A stretch of DNA of 64,000 nt, from NCBI GenBank assembly GCA_963798455.1, contig CAWCTD010000004.1, positions 170,708 through 234,707 of the forward strand. Direction: 5' to 3'. Of this stretch, positions 18,639-27,906 are shown in pieces (positions within the stretch are counted from its first letter, which is position 1; every line of letters begins with the position of its first letter). The notes under the pieces were generated by a model. The model was not told where the DNA came from. It ran no database searches and saw only the letters and a list, made by a program, of their open reading frames with translations. The position numbers and the translations under genes are program-made. The DNA comes from Bryobacterales bacterium. GTDB taxonomy: Bacteria > Acidobacteriota > Terriglobia > Bryobacterales > Bryobacteraceae.

Positions 18639-19153
18639 TCCTCGATGGCTTTCTGCAAAGCCTGGCGGATCCGAAATAACCGGCTGCCGACCGTACTTCT
18701 CTCAATCCCGAACTGCTGTGCCAGCTCCAGCGTGGACCAGCCTTCCAGGTTGCGGAGCAGGAACAGCTCGGCATCCTCGGCGCTGAGTCCGGCGATGGCA
18801 CGCCTCAGGCGCTCTTTGAGCAGCGGCGTCGTCTCCCGGGCGGGCTGAGAAACCATCCCGTCGAGCGACGTTTCGGCGTGCGCCATCCGGCGGCGGAGGA
18901 CGTCGATGGACGCGTTCGTGGCCGCGCGGCGGAAATAAGCCTCCGCGGACGGGAGTTCCAGCCGCAGGTCCCCTTGGTTCAAGACCCGCAGGAAGACCGT
19001 CTGGAGAACGTCCTCGGCATCGGCCGGATTGCCGGTGATGCGCCGGGCCGTACGGTAGACGAGGGCCGAGTATTGCTCATAGAAGCCGTCAAATCCCGGG
19101 GGTCTGGTCACTGGAACAGGTACTGCGTGAATTGCCAGGCATCTGGTCGCCAT
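18635..19153 (-). CDS. ECF (sigma-70 family, group IV) RNA polymerase sigma factor
   Basis: 172 aa with region 2 (YRTARRITGNPADAEDVLQTVFLRV) and region 4 (LSAEDAELFLLRNLEGWSTLELAQQFGIERSTVGSRLFRIRQAL) signatures. Confidence 0.9.
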   Translation of the reverse strand: MATRCLAIHAVPVPVTRPPGFDGFYEQYSALVYRTARRITGNPADAEDVLQTVFLRVLNQGDLRLELPSAEAYFRRAATNASIDVLRRRMAHAETSLDGMVSQPARETTPLLKERLRRAIAGLSAEDAELFLLRNLEGWSTLELAQQFGIERSTVGSRLFRIRQALQKAIEE

Positions 19154-19231
19154 CTCAGTGCTCTCATCTGGCTATACGCAGTCCGACGACGATTATTCCA
19201 TGATGGTGGTGAAAAACAGGAGGTCCGGGAC

Positions 19232-19260
19232 TTGACAACTCGGGAGCTTACTTCCATAAT
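19232..19260 (+). promoter_or_regulatory. near-consensus sigma-70 promoter (TTGACA-N17-CATAAT) reading toward marR
   Basis: TTGACA at 19232-19237, a 17-nt spacer, CATAAT at 19255-19260. It lies ~75 nt upstream of the MarR start in the divergent spacer shared with the ECF sigma gene. Confidence 0.4.
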
Positions 19261-19339
19261 TGAAATGTTTCAGGAGTGAAATACGGCCACGGAGAACACA
19301 TCGTCCGCCAATCCGAATGCCTCGCTGGACAAGCAGGCG

Positions 19340-19768
19340 TTGGAGCTGATGGCTTCGCTTGACGTGATCTTCAGGCAAATGATGCTCCGGCGTCCGCCCT
19401 CCTTCATGGCCGATGTGGAGATCTCCATGCAAGAGGGAAGATCCTTGGGGCTGCTCTCTTCTCGTGGATGTATGATTATGAGCGCTTTTGCCGAGGCTCT
19501 GGATGTGCCCCTAAGCACGGCGACGCACACCGTCGATCGGCTGGTCGCCAAGGGTCTGGTTCAGCGTTCACGTCCCGATGACGATCGGCGTGTGGTGGAA
19601 GTCGATCTGAGCGAAGCGGGCAAGAGGCACTTCGGTTTCTTTCAAGAGCAACGGCTGGCCATGACGCGCAGCATGCTCGCGGCCTTGACTCCGCGCGAAC
19701 GGGGAGTTCACCTGAAGCTGGTGGCCAAGATGGCGCACATGGCCAAATTCCCAGACGCGGCAGGGTAG
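19340..19768 (+). CDS. MarR family transcriptional regulator
   Basis: 142 aa with a MarR winged-helix pattern (LSTATHTVDRLVAKGLVQRSRPDDDRRVVEVDLSEAG). Confidence 0.82.
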   Translation: MELMASLDVIFRQMMLRRPPSFMADVEISMQEGRSLGLLSSRGCMIMSAFAEALDVPLSTATHTVDRLVAKGLVQRSRPDDDRRVVEVDLSEAGKRHFGFFQEQRLAMTRSMLAALTPRERGVHLKLVAKMAHMAKFPDAAG

Positions 19769-19861
19769 ACCGCAAGAATGGAGAATGGCGCGCATTCGGT
19801 TCCCTCCCGGCGGCGTCTTTAATGAGAGAGGGCGTGTGCCGCTCAAAGGGAGTGGACGGCT

Positions 19862-21268
19862 ATGAAGTCGAAGATTTGGCTGGCAATTTTAGTAGTGCTT
19901 GCGCTCGCCGGGGGCGTCTACTACGGCGTCCGGAGAAGCCAGGCGGGCATAGTCACGGTTCAGACCGGCCGGGTAGAGCGGCAGGATCTGGCCGCCACGG
20001 TTACCGCCACCGGCGAGATCAAGCCCCGCGATTACATCAACATCGGCGCCAACGCCATGGGCCGGATTACGGAAATCCTGGTGAGGGAAGGGGATCACGT
20101 CCGCAAGGGGCAACTCCTGGCGCGGTTGGAGGCGGTACAAGCCACCGCCGACCTGAGAGGTCAGAAGGCGGCTCTTGATTCCGCCGTGGCGGATGTCGCA
20201 GCCGCGGAAGCCGGCCTGGAGGCCTCCGACGATAATCTGAAGACGGCGCAGGCTACCTTGGACGGCTCCCGGGCGGACGCCGAAAAAGCGAAGCTGGACT
20301 ACGACCGGGGGGCCCAGTTGCTGGCAAAGAAGCTCATCGCGCAGCAGGATTTCGACCAGAGGAATGCGGCCTACTCATCGGCTGCCGCCGCCATTCGGGA
20401 AGCGGAATCGCGCCTGGCGCAGGCGCGGGCCCAGCGGGCCCAGACGGCCGCCCAGTTGGAGGGCGCCAGAAAGCGGGTGGCTCAGGCGCAAGCCGCCGTG
20501 GTGAGGGTGACCAACGTCGTGGATAAGTACCAGTCCTTCGCGCCGCTGGATGGGGTCGTAACGAACCTGCCGGTGCGACTGGGCGAAACCGTGGTGCCGG
20601 GGGTTCAGAACTCCTCCGCCAGCCTGATCATGACCATCGCGGACATGTCGCTGATCACGGCTGAGGTGCGGGTGGACGAGACCGACGTGTTGAGCGTGCG
20701 TCTGAACCAGCCGGCCGAGATCACTATCGACGCCCTCCCCAACAAGACCTTTCTGGGACACGTGACCGAGATCGGCAACACAGCCATCCTGCGCAGCTCG
20801 GGGCTGGCGGCATCGCAGAGCGCCACTTCCAGCCAGGAGGCGAAGGACTTCAAGGTGGTGGTGGCCCTGGAGAATCCGCCGGAGGAGATCCGCCCGGGGC
20901 TGAGCTGTAACGCGAAGATCACGACGGCGACCCGTAGCGCGGCTCTGACGATTCCGATCCAAGCCCTGACGGTGCGGCGGAGAGGCGACCTGGAGGCGGC
21001 CACGCCGGCCGGCGCGCAAGCAGGCGTGGCCGATCCCGCGGTGGAGAAGGCGAACAGGGAGGAGCTGACCGGGGTGTTTGTCGTCTCCGGCGGTAGGGCT
21101 GTCTTCCGGAAGGTGGCGACCGGGATCGCGGGGGCAACCGACCTGGAGGTGCTGAGCGGATTGAAGGGCGGCGAAGAGATCATCACGGGCAGTTACAAGG
21201 TCGTCCGCACGCTGCGCAACGGGACCCGCGTGAAAGTGGACAACCAGGCGCAGAACGCGTACGAGTAG
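19862..21268 (+). CDS. efflux transporter periplasmic adaptor subunit (HlyD/MacA-type membrane fusion protein)
   Basis: 468 aa with an N-terminal TM anchor, a long Ala/Gln-rich coiled-coil hairpin, and beta-barrel/MP-proximal domains. Confidence 0.82.
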   Translation: MKSKIWLAILVVLALAGGVYYGVRRSQAGIVTVQTGRVERQDLAATVTATGEIKPRDYINIGANAMGRITEILVREGDHVRKGQLLARLEAVQATADLRGQKAALDSAVADVAAAEAGLEASDDNLKTAQATLDGSRADAEKAKLDYDRGAQLLAKKLIAQQDFDQRNAAYSSAAAAIREAESRLAQARAQRAQTAAQLEGARKRVAQAQAAVVRVTNVVDKYQSFAPLDGVVTNLPVRLGETVVPGVQNSSASLIMTIADMSLITAEVRVDETDVLSVRLNQPAEITIDALPNKTFLGHVTEIGNTAILRSSGLAASQSATSSQEAKDFKVVVALENPPEEIRPGLSCNAKITTATRSAALTIPIQALTVRRRGDLEAATPAGAQAGVADPAVEKANREELTGVFVVSGGRAVFRKVATGIAGATDLEVLSGLKGGEEIITGSYKVVRTLRNGTRVKVDNQAQNAYE

Positions 21269-21279
21269 GAGCGAATGAT

Positions 21280-23064
21280 ATGACAACTCGACAGTTTCCG
21301 ACTGCAGGATTGTGTGTTCTATTGCTGCTTGCTCCGATGCCGGGCCTGGCTCAGTCAGCCGGCGCCAGGCAAGCTGCGGCGAGCCAGTTCGCCGGGCCGG
21401 TGGGCGGACTTTGGTCGCCTTACCAGTTCAGGCAGGAACCTCCTGTCAAACTGGCGAATTCCAGCCGGCTGGAATCCTTGCTGCGCGGGGGCAACCTTTA
21501 TCTTTCTCTTCAGGATGCCGTCGCTCTGGCGCTCGAGAACAACCTGGATATTGCGATCCAGCGCTACGCGCCCCGGTTGGCCGACGCAGGCCTTTTGCGC
21601 GCCAACGCCGGGGGAGGCGCCATCCCCAGCCTGGACCCCACGGTCAGCTACAACCTGAACCGGGGGCACCAGACCTCCCCACAGACCAGCTCCTTCCTGT
21701 CGGGCACTTCCGCGCTGGTGATGTCGACGACGCAGTCGAACGTCTCTGTTGCAAAGGGTTTCCTCACGGGCACGAATGCAACCTTGAGCTGGAACAACAA
21801 CTTCGCGCTCAGCAACTCCTTGACCAACAACTTTAACCCCTCGACGAACGCCAGCCTGAACCTGACGGTCACTCAGCACCTCTTGCAGGGATTCGGGATC
21901 GCCGTCAACCGGCGGAATATCCACATCGCGCAGAACAGCCGCAAGGTGTCGGATCTGGCGTTCAAGCAGCAGGTGATCGCGACGGTCGCAAGTGTCATGA
22001 ACCTGTACTGGGACCTGGTCAGCTTCATCGAGGACGTCAAGGTGAAGCGCCAGGCGGTTGCACTGGCGGAGAAACTGCGGGACGACAACCAAGGACAGGT
22101 GGAAATCGGCAGCCTCGCCCCGATTGAGGTCCTCCGGGCGCAAGCTCAGCTCGCCAGCAGCCGGCAGGATCTGGTCGTCTCTCAGACACGGGTATTGCAG
22201 CAGGAGACGGTTCTGAAGAACGCGCTGAGCCGCACCGGCGTGGCCAGCCTCTCGGTAATCGACGCGCACATCATACCCACCGACCGGACCAAAGTGCCCG
22301 AAACCGAGGCGATTGAGCCGATCCAGGACCTGATGGCCAAAGCGCTGGCCAACCGCCCCGAATTGGCCCAGACTGAGCTTCAAGTGCAGAACAGCAGAAT
22401 CGCGCTCCAAGGGACCAAATCCGCCCTGAAGCCCACGTTGGACGCCGTCGCCGCGCTCCAGAACTCAGGACTGGCCGGGGAGACGAACACCCTGGTCTCC
22501 TCGTCGCCGCTGGCGGGCTTCCTTGGAAGTATCAACCCCTACTTCGTTGGCGGTTACGGCACGGCGCTGGGCCAGGTGTTCCGGCGGAATTTTCCGAACT
22601 ACAGTCTCGGCATTCAACTCAACATCCCCCTGAGGAACCGGGCGGCTCAGGCCGACATGATCAGCACCCAGTTGCAGCTCCGGCAAGCGGAGCTGCAACA
22701 GCAGCAGCAGATCAACCAGATCGGGATGGAGATCACGAATGCACTGATCGGGGTGCAGCAGGCGCGCGCCGCTCTCGACGCGGCCGTCGAAGCCAGTAAC
22801 CTGCAAGAGGAGACGATGACTGCCGAGCAGGAGAAATACCGGCTCGGCGCCTCTACGAATTTTCTGGTGATCCAGACCCAGCGCGACTCCGCGGCAGCCC
22901 AGTCCGTGGAAGTCGCCGCAAGGAACAACTACGCCAAAGCCAAAGTGACGCTCGACCAAGCTACGGGCCGGCTCCTGGAGGTTAACAACATCCAGATCGA
23001 CGAAGCCTTCAGCGGACAGGTCTCTCGCCCGCCGAGCGCCCTGCCACCGGCCGTCAACAACTGA
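21280..23064 (+). CDS. TolC-family outer membrane efflux protein
   Basis: 594 aa with a signal peptide and two TolC-like repeats (LSLQDAVALALENNLDI...; coiled-coil regions). It follows the MFP gene. Confidence 0.82.
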   Translation: MTTRQFPTAGLCVLLLLAPMPGLAQSAGARQAAASQFAGPVGGLWSPYQFRQEPPVKLANSSRLESLLRGGNLYLSLQDAVALALENNLDIAIQRYAPRLADAGLLRANAGGGAIPSLDPTVSYNLNRGHQTSPQTSSFLSGTSALVMSTTQSNVSVAKGFLTGTNATLSWNNNFALSNSLTNNFNPSTNASLNLTVTQHLLQGFGIAVNRRNIHIAQNSRKVSDLAFKQQVIATVASVMNLYWDLVSFIEDVKVKRQAVALAEKLRDDNQGQVEIGSLAPIEVLRAQAQLASSRQDLVVSQTRVLQQETVLKNALSRTGVASLSVIDAHIIPTDRTKVPETEAIEPIQDLMAKALANRPELAQTELQVQNSRIALQGTKSALKPTLDAVAALQNSGLAGETNTLVSSSPLAGFLGSINPYFVGGYGTALGQVFRRNFPNYSLGIQLNIPLRNRAAQADMISTQLQLRQAELQQQQQINQIGMEITNALIGVQQARAALDAAVEASNLQEETMTAEQEKYRLGASTNFLVIQTQRDSAAAQSVEVAARNNYAKAKVTLDQATGRLLEVNNIQIDEAFSGQVSRPPSALPPAVNN

Positions 23065-23167
23065 GCCACTGATTCGGCGGGTACCCGCCTTCTGTTAGGG
23101 TCGCGGGGAGATGTATACTTGTGTGACCTCGGCCTGTGATGAGACCAGCCCTTCGGGAGGATGCCGT

Positions 23168-23680
23168 ATGAAGACCACGTTCGTCACGATGATTTACCTG
23201 CTGCTGGTGGCCGGCGCACCAGCGATCTGCCTGGCTCAGGACGGGCCCGGGGTGGCTCCGGCACAAACGATCGCCGCGGACAACCTCGCGGAGGGCACTC
23301 CTGGGCTGCGGCTGGGGCAGATCCGCGGGGTCGGCCTGCTGCCTCCGATCGCGGCTCAGAAGTTGTCTGCCCGTCTGTTCCCGCCCATACCGGCGGGGGC
23401 GCCCACGGCTGCCTCGAATGAGCCCCAGGCGTCCCAGAACCGGAGTCCCACTGGCAGGACGAATGCTGCGAGAGGAGGCGGCAAAGGCCGGGCCGCCGCC
23501 ATGCTTGTGGGCCTGGGGATGTTTGCGGCAGGACTGTATCTTACACTCACGCGTTGTTCCAACCAGGAGGTGACGACAGGCGGCGTCACCACGACCACGA
23601 AAGAGTGCCAGCAGTGGAAGAAGTATGCCGGCCCGGGCCTTATGGCCGCCGGCGGATTGGTCACCAGACTAGGGCGCTGA
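23168..23680 (+). CDS. hypothetical small secreted/membrane-anchored protein
   Basis: Start at MKTTFVTMIYLLLVAGAPAICLA after a GGGAGGA RBS. Low-complexity Pro/Ala-rich middle, a Thr-rich stretch and a C-terminal hydrophobic segment. Confidence 0.45.
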   Translation: MKTTFVTMIYLLLVAGAPAICLAQDGPGVAPAQTIAADNLAEGTPGLRLGQIRGVGLLPPIAAQKLSARLFPPIPAGAPTAASNEPQASQNRSPTGRTNAARGGGKGRAAAMLVGLGMFAAGLYLTLTRCSNQEVTTGGVTTTTKECQQWKKYAGPGLMAAGGLVTRLGR

Positions 23681-23766
23681 CGGCGCCGGCTGCTTGGCGC
23701 GCCAGCGCACCCCATCTCGCGGATCTGATATAAGTCAATCGGTGCGCAATAAGGAGGAGTGCGGCT

Positions 23767-24360
23767 GTGTGGACCCTCGCGAATGACATGTTCCCGTTGT
23801 CGGTTCCGGTGGCGGAGAAGATCCTGCGCCCGGTGATCGTCTACCTCTTCTTGGTGGTTTTCCTTCGGGTTTTCGGCAAGCGGGAACTGGCGCAACTGAA
23901 CCCGTTCGACCTGGTGGTGCTGCTCTCGCTGTCGAACACGGTCCAGAACGCCATCATCGGCAACGACAACTCGGTGACCGGCGGCCTGATTGGCGCCTTC
24001 GCGCTGATGGGCGTGAACTACCTGGTGGTGCGTTACCTTTTTAAGCACCGGCGGTTGGATCAGGTCCTCGAGGGCAAACCCACGGTGCTCATCGAGCGCG
24101 GCAGAGTGCTGCGGCGCGCCCTGGCCAAGGAACTGCTGACGGAATCCGAGCTGAAGACCGTTCTCCACCGCCAGGGTTTCGCACGGCTGGACGAAGTGCA
24201 GCGGTGCATCCTGGAACCGGGCGGCACCTTCTCCATCGAGGGCAAGACCCCGCCTCGGGAGGAGCAGCGCCACGCGGAACTGCTGGCCCGGTTGGACCAG
24301 CTCAGCCGCGAGGTCGAAACGCTGCGCGCGATTCCGCCGGCTGCCCCAGGCGGATCGTGA
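23767..24360 (+). CDS. DUF421 (YetF-like) membrane protein
   Basis: 197 aa; the N-terminal membrane part and the YetF-like C-terminal domain pattern (LNPFDLVVLLSLSNTVQNAIIG...). Confidence 0.65.
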   Translation: MWTLANDMFPLSVPVAEKILRPVIVYLFLVVFLRVFGKRELAQLNPFDLVVLLSLSNTVQNAIIGNDNSVTGGLIGAFALMGVNYLVVRYLFKHRRLDQVLEGKPTVLIERGRVLRRALAKELLTESELKTVLHRQGFARLDEVQRCILEPGGTFSIEGKTPPREEQRHAELLARLDQLSREVETLRAIPPAAPGGS

Positions 24361-24428
24361 GAACCTGTGGAGAGTGGGGGACGCGCTGTTCGGTCGGTTG
24401 CGCGCCCGCCTGAGGAGGAACCGCCGCC

Positions 24429-24797
24429 ATGGTATGGAGTGTGATCGGCGCCGCCGGCCTCGGACTCGCGGTGATGCTGGGCGCTTTTGGGGCGCACGGG
24501 CTGCGAGGCAAGCTGGATGCCTACTCGATGGGGATCTACGAGCGCGCCGTGTTCTACCACTTCATCCACGCCATCGGACTTCTGGTGGTGCCCGTCCTGG
24601 CGCACATGAACGCACTGAGACAATCGACGGGAACGCTGGTCTGCGCACTCCTCCTGGCCGGAATCGTGTTCTTCTCCGGCAGCCTGTACCTGCTGGCAGT
24701 GACGGGGGGGCGCTGGCTGGGGGCGATCACCCCGATCGGTGGCCTGTGCTTCATCGCGGCGTGGATCATCCTTGCTGTAGCCCTCGCGCGAGGCTGA
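24429..24797 (+). CDS. DUF423 family membrane protein
   Basis: 122 aa with four hydrophobic segments and the FGAHGL motif typical of DUF423. Confidence 0.72.
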   Translation: MVWSVIGAAGLGLAVMLGAFGAHGLRGKLDAYSMGIYERAVFYHFIHAIGLLVVPVLAHMNALRQSTGTLVCALLLAGIVFFSGSLYLLAVTGGRWLGAITPIGGLCFIAAWIILAVALARG

Positions 24798-24900
24798 CGG
24801 CGCCCGCCAACTCAGCGCCCCTCCTGCGAACTTCCACCGGCCACGTCACCGGCGCCAGGGTTCCGCGTATAGTTCGGTTAAGCTTGAGGGTTGCGCTGCA

Positions 24901-26457
24901 ATGTCAAACCACCTCGCCACATTGGCTTTCGTCTTCGGCTTCTCCACCGTCCTCTGGGGCGCGGCGGTAGGGAGTCCGGAGACGTGGGTTCCGGCTCGCT
25001 GGCAGGGTGGGCCGCTGGAGGTCGCGCGCCGGACGAAGGACAAGGCCTTACCGCCCGATCCCGCCATTCGTGACGCCATTGCCCGGTGGTATGACGCTCA
25101 GACGCTCGATCTGCTGAAGGGCACGCCGATCAATTGTCTCCTCGTCACATGGAGCGCCGGGGAGGATGCCGGCATCGAGCGTCAACAGCAGGAACTGGTA
25201 AAGGCCTACGCTCGCCAGTCCCACGAACGCGGGATCGCCATCCTGGGCCTGGTTTATCCCGGGGCGGATCCCTCGAAGTTCGTCGGTCCGGCCGTGGAGG
25301 CGGGGCTGGACGGACTGGTGTTGGAGGGGGAATTCCCCGGCGGGGCCGTGTTCGTCCAGCAGGTGGAAAAGGCGCTGGCGGCGGCGGCGAGCGCGGCTCT
25401 GGTGATCCCGATTGCCCGGGAAGCGGCTTCTGAACGAATGTCGACCAGACCGATTGTGGCCGTTCAGGGAGTTCGGCCCGGGAGTCGTAACCTGGCGGAC
25501 ATGGGCATCCGGTCCGGGCCGTCGGCCCAACCCTGGATCGACTCCAATATATGGCTGGTGCGCTCTTTTCGTTTTGGGGCGGCCTGGCGCCCGGTCTGGA
25601 TCAGCCAGGTGCCGAAAGCCGCCACGCCGGAGGATTACATCCGATGTGCGGCTGAGGCAGCGGTGGCCGGGGGCCGATGGCTCGTTGCATTGGAAGACAA
25701 AGTCCGGGCCATGCTGTTCCGCAAGGACGCGGACGCGTTAGCTTCCTGGCGAACGATCGCGGCATACCTCCAGTTCGCGGAAGACCACGCCGGGTGGCGA
25801 GTCCTGAGCCCTTACGGAAACCTGGGAATCATCCTGGACACTGCCAGCGCGCACCCTGAAATCTCGAATGAGTACCTGAATCTGGTGACGCGGCGCCAGG
25901 TGCCTTACCGGGTGATCCTTCGTTCACAACTCAGCACCGTCTCACTCGCAGGCTTGCGGGCGGCGCTGGCCGCGGACCTCGCTCCTCCGGCCGATGAGGA
26001 GCGGAAGATCCTGCGGGCTTTCGCCGAAACAGGCGGGCTGGTCGTGATTGGACCCTCCTGGGGCGATCCCCCGAAGGACCAGCCTTACGCCGAGGTGTCT
26101 CTCGGAAAGGGACGCGTGGCCGTTTACAAAGACGATCCGCCCGATCCCGAGTCGGTCGCCAGGGACTTGCAGGAGTTGCTCTCGCCCCAAGAAATGGGAG
26201 TCAGCGCGTTCAACGTCCCATCGGTGCTTACTTATGCCAGCACCGGCGGCTCTGGCGCTCGAATGCTGGTCCAATTGCTCAACTATTCCCGCTTCCCGGC
26301 GGAAGCGATCACCCTGCGGGTCAATGGGACTTACAAGAAGGCCCGCTGGTACGTGCCTGAGGCCCCACCTTCCGATCTGGCCGTGAGAAAGGTCGGCAGC
26401 CGGACCGAAGTCAGCATACGAGAGCTCCGTGTGTGGGGTGGGGTGCTCTTTGAATAG
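24901..26457 (+). CDS. hypothetical secreted protein (518 aa), possibly a glycoside-hydrolase-like TIM-barrel fold (unverified)
   Basis: Signal peptide (MSNHLATLAFVFGFSTVLWGAAVG). No motif recognised with confidence. Confidence 0.55.
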   Translation: MSNHLATLAFVFGFSTVLWGAAVGSPETWVPARWQGGPLEVARRTKDKALPPDPAIRDAIARWYDAQTLDLLKGTPINCLLVTWSAGEDAGIERQQQELVKAYARQSHERGIAILGLVYPGADPSKFVGPAVEAGLDGLVLEGEFPGGAVFVQQVEKALAAAASAALVIPIAREAASERMSTRPIVAVQGVRPGSRNLADMGIRSGPSAQPWIDSNIWLVRSFRFGAAWRPVWISQVPKAATPEDYIRCAAEAAVAGGRWLVALEDKVRAMLFRKDADALASWRTIAAYLQFAEDHAGWRVLSPYGNLGIILDTASAHPEISNEYLNLVTRRQVPYRVILRSQLSTVSLAGLRAALAADLAPPADEERKILRAFAETGGLVVIGPSWGDPPKDQPYAEVSLGKGRVAVYKDDPPDPESVARDLQELLSPQEMGVSAFNVPSVLTYASTGGSGARMLVQLLNYSRFPAEAITLRVNGTYKKARWYVPEAPPSDLAVRKVGSRTEVSIRELRVWGGVLFE

Positions 26458-26499
26458 TGGAGCAATGAGAGGATAATGGAACCTCAAAGGAGAGCTGAT

Positions 26500-27702
26500 A
26501 TGCCACGCACGCAAGACTGTCTTTCACGACGGGAACTCTTCGCCGTCTCCGGGCTGGCGGCGGGCGCGTTGTCCGTCACTCGCGGCGAGGCCGCTGCCGC
26601 CTCGGCTCCCACCGCTCCTGTGTCGCTCTCGAAGGTCCGGAGCTACGATGAGGATCTCGTTGCCCAGTTTGAGAAGATGTGCGATCAGATCGGGGGAATC
26701 GGCAAGCTGGTGATAGGCAAGACGGTCGCCATGAAGTTGAACTTGACAGGCGACGGCCGTTTCGAAGGTTACACCGCCGGCCAAACTCACTGGGTACACC
26801 CGAAGGTGGTCGGCGCCTTGACCGCCGTATTCGGCAAGCTGGGCGCCAAGCGGGTCCGGATCCTGGAAAGCGCGGGCCGCAGGGAGGGCGCCTTGCTGGA
26901 AGACAAGCTCCTGTCCGGCGGCTGGGACGTGAACGCCATCAAGAACGCCGCCCCAGCAGTGGAATTCGAGGATACGAACGGGCTGGGCCAGGGCAAGCAG
27001 TATTCAACGGTCAAGGTGAAGACCAAGCCGCACATCTTCCCTGCTTTCAGCCTCAATCACTCCTACGAAGACTGCGATTTCTTCGTCAGCGTGGGCAAGA
27101 TGAAGAACCACGAGGAGATGGGCATAACCATGTCGATGAAGAACCTCTTCGGGATCACGCCTGAGGTGCTGTACGGAGGCCGCGAGCGGGTCTTCCACTA
27201 CGGCGCTGTACAGGCCCCATCCGGCGCGCCGCCGGAGATCGACCCCAAGTCGGACCGCTACGAAGGCTGGCGCATGCCGCGGCTGATCACGGACATCTGC
27301 GGGGCGCGCCCGATCGATCTGGCCATCCTCGACGGGATTGAATCCTGCGTCGGCGGCGAGGGCCCGTGGTGCCTCGGAAGCAAGCCGGTGAAACCCCAGT
27401 TGCTGCTTGCCGGACGCAATTGCGTGTGTACCGATGCCGTGGGGCTCGCCGCCATGGGCTACAACCCCCGCGCGGGGCGTCACGAGGCCCCGTTCCGGTT
27501 GTACAAGAACCCCAAGAATCATCCTCCGGAGCAGTTGATTCCGCCCGGAGAAACCCATCAATACGCGGATAACATCCTGCTGATCGCTGAAGCCGTAGGC
27601 ATGGGCTCCGCGGACCTCACCAAGATCGACGTTCGCGGCGTGCCCGTCCGAGATGCGGTGTTTGATTTCGAGGCCTTCTGGAAGGGCCAGATGAGGGTTT
27701 GA
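26500..27702 (+). CDS. Tat-exported DUF362 domain protein
   Basis: Twin-arginine motif SRRELFAVSGLAAGAL after the start MPRTQDC (AAGGAGAG RBS at 26487-26494). DUF362-like core. Confidence 0.68.
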   Translation: MPRTQDCLSRRELFAVSGLAAGALSVTRGEAAAASAPTAPVSLSKVRSYDEDLVAQFEKMCDQIGGIGKLVIGKTVAMKLNLTGDGRFEGYTAGQTHWVHPKVVGALTAVFGKLGAKRVRILESAGRREGALLEDKLLSGGWDVNAIKNAAPAVEFEDTNGLGQGKQYSTVKVKTKPHIFPAFSLNHSYEDCDFFVSVGKMKNHEEMGITMSMKNLFGITPEVLYGGRERVFHYGAVQAPSGAPPEIDPKSDRYEGWRMPRLITDICGARPIDLAILDGIESCVGGEGPWCLGSKPVKPQLLLAGRNCVCTDAVGLAAMGYNPRAGRHEAPFRLYKNPKNHPPEQLIPPGETHQYADNILLIAEAVGMGSADLTKIDVRGVPVRDAVFDFEAFWKGQMRV

Positions 27703-27906
27703 GACGCCTGTTCGATGGGCGCTACGCCTGGATCGAGGTGCGCGATGGCAATGACGAGGATAGCAGTAAGTATTGACGTCAACGCTCCGGTCGAGGCGGT
27801 GTTCGCGTTCGCCCGTCTATAGCCAAGATGGCAGAGTGGCTTCGTCACACCGTGGAGTTCAAACAGCAGGTCGTCGAGCAAGGCGAGTTTCGGAACAGGC
27901 ACATCG

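Noticed and set aside
21355-22410. 351-aa minus-strand ORF
   Set aside because: It is antisense to the tolC-family gene and has no motif or RBS support.
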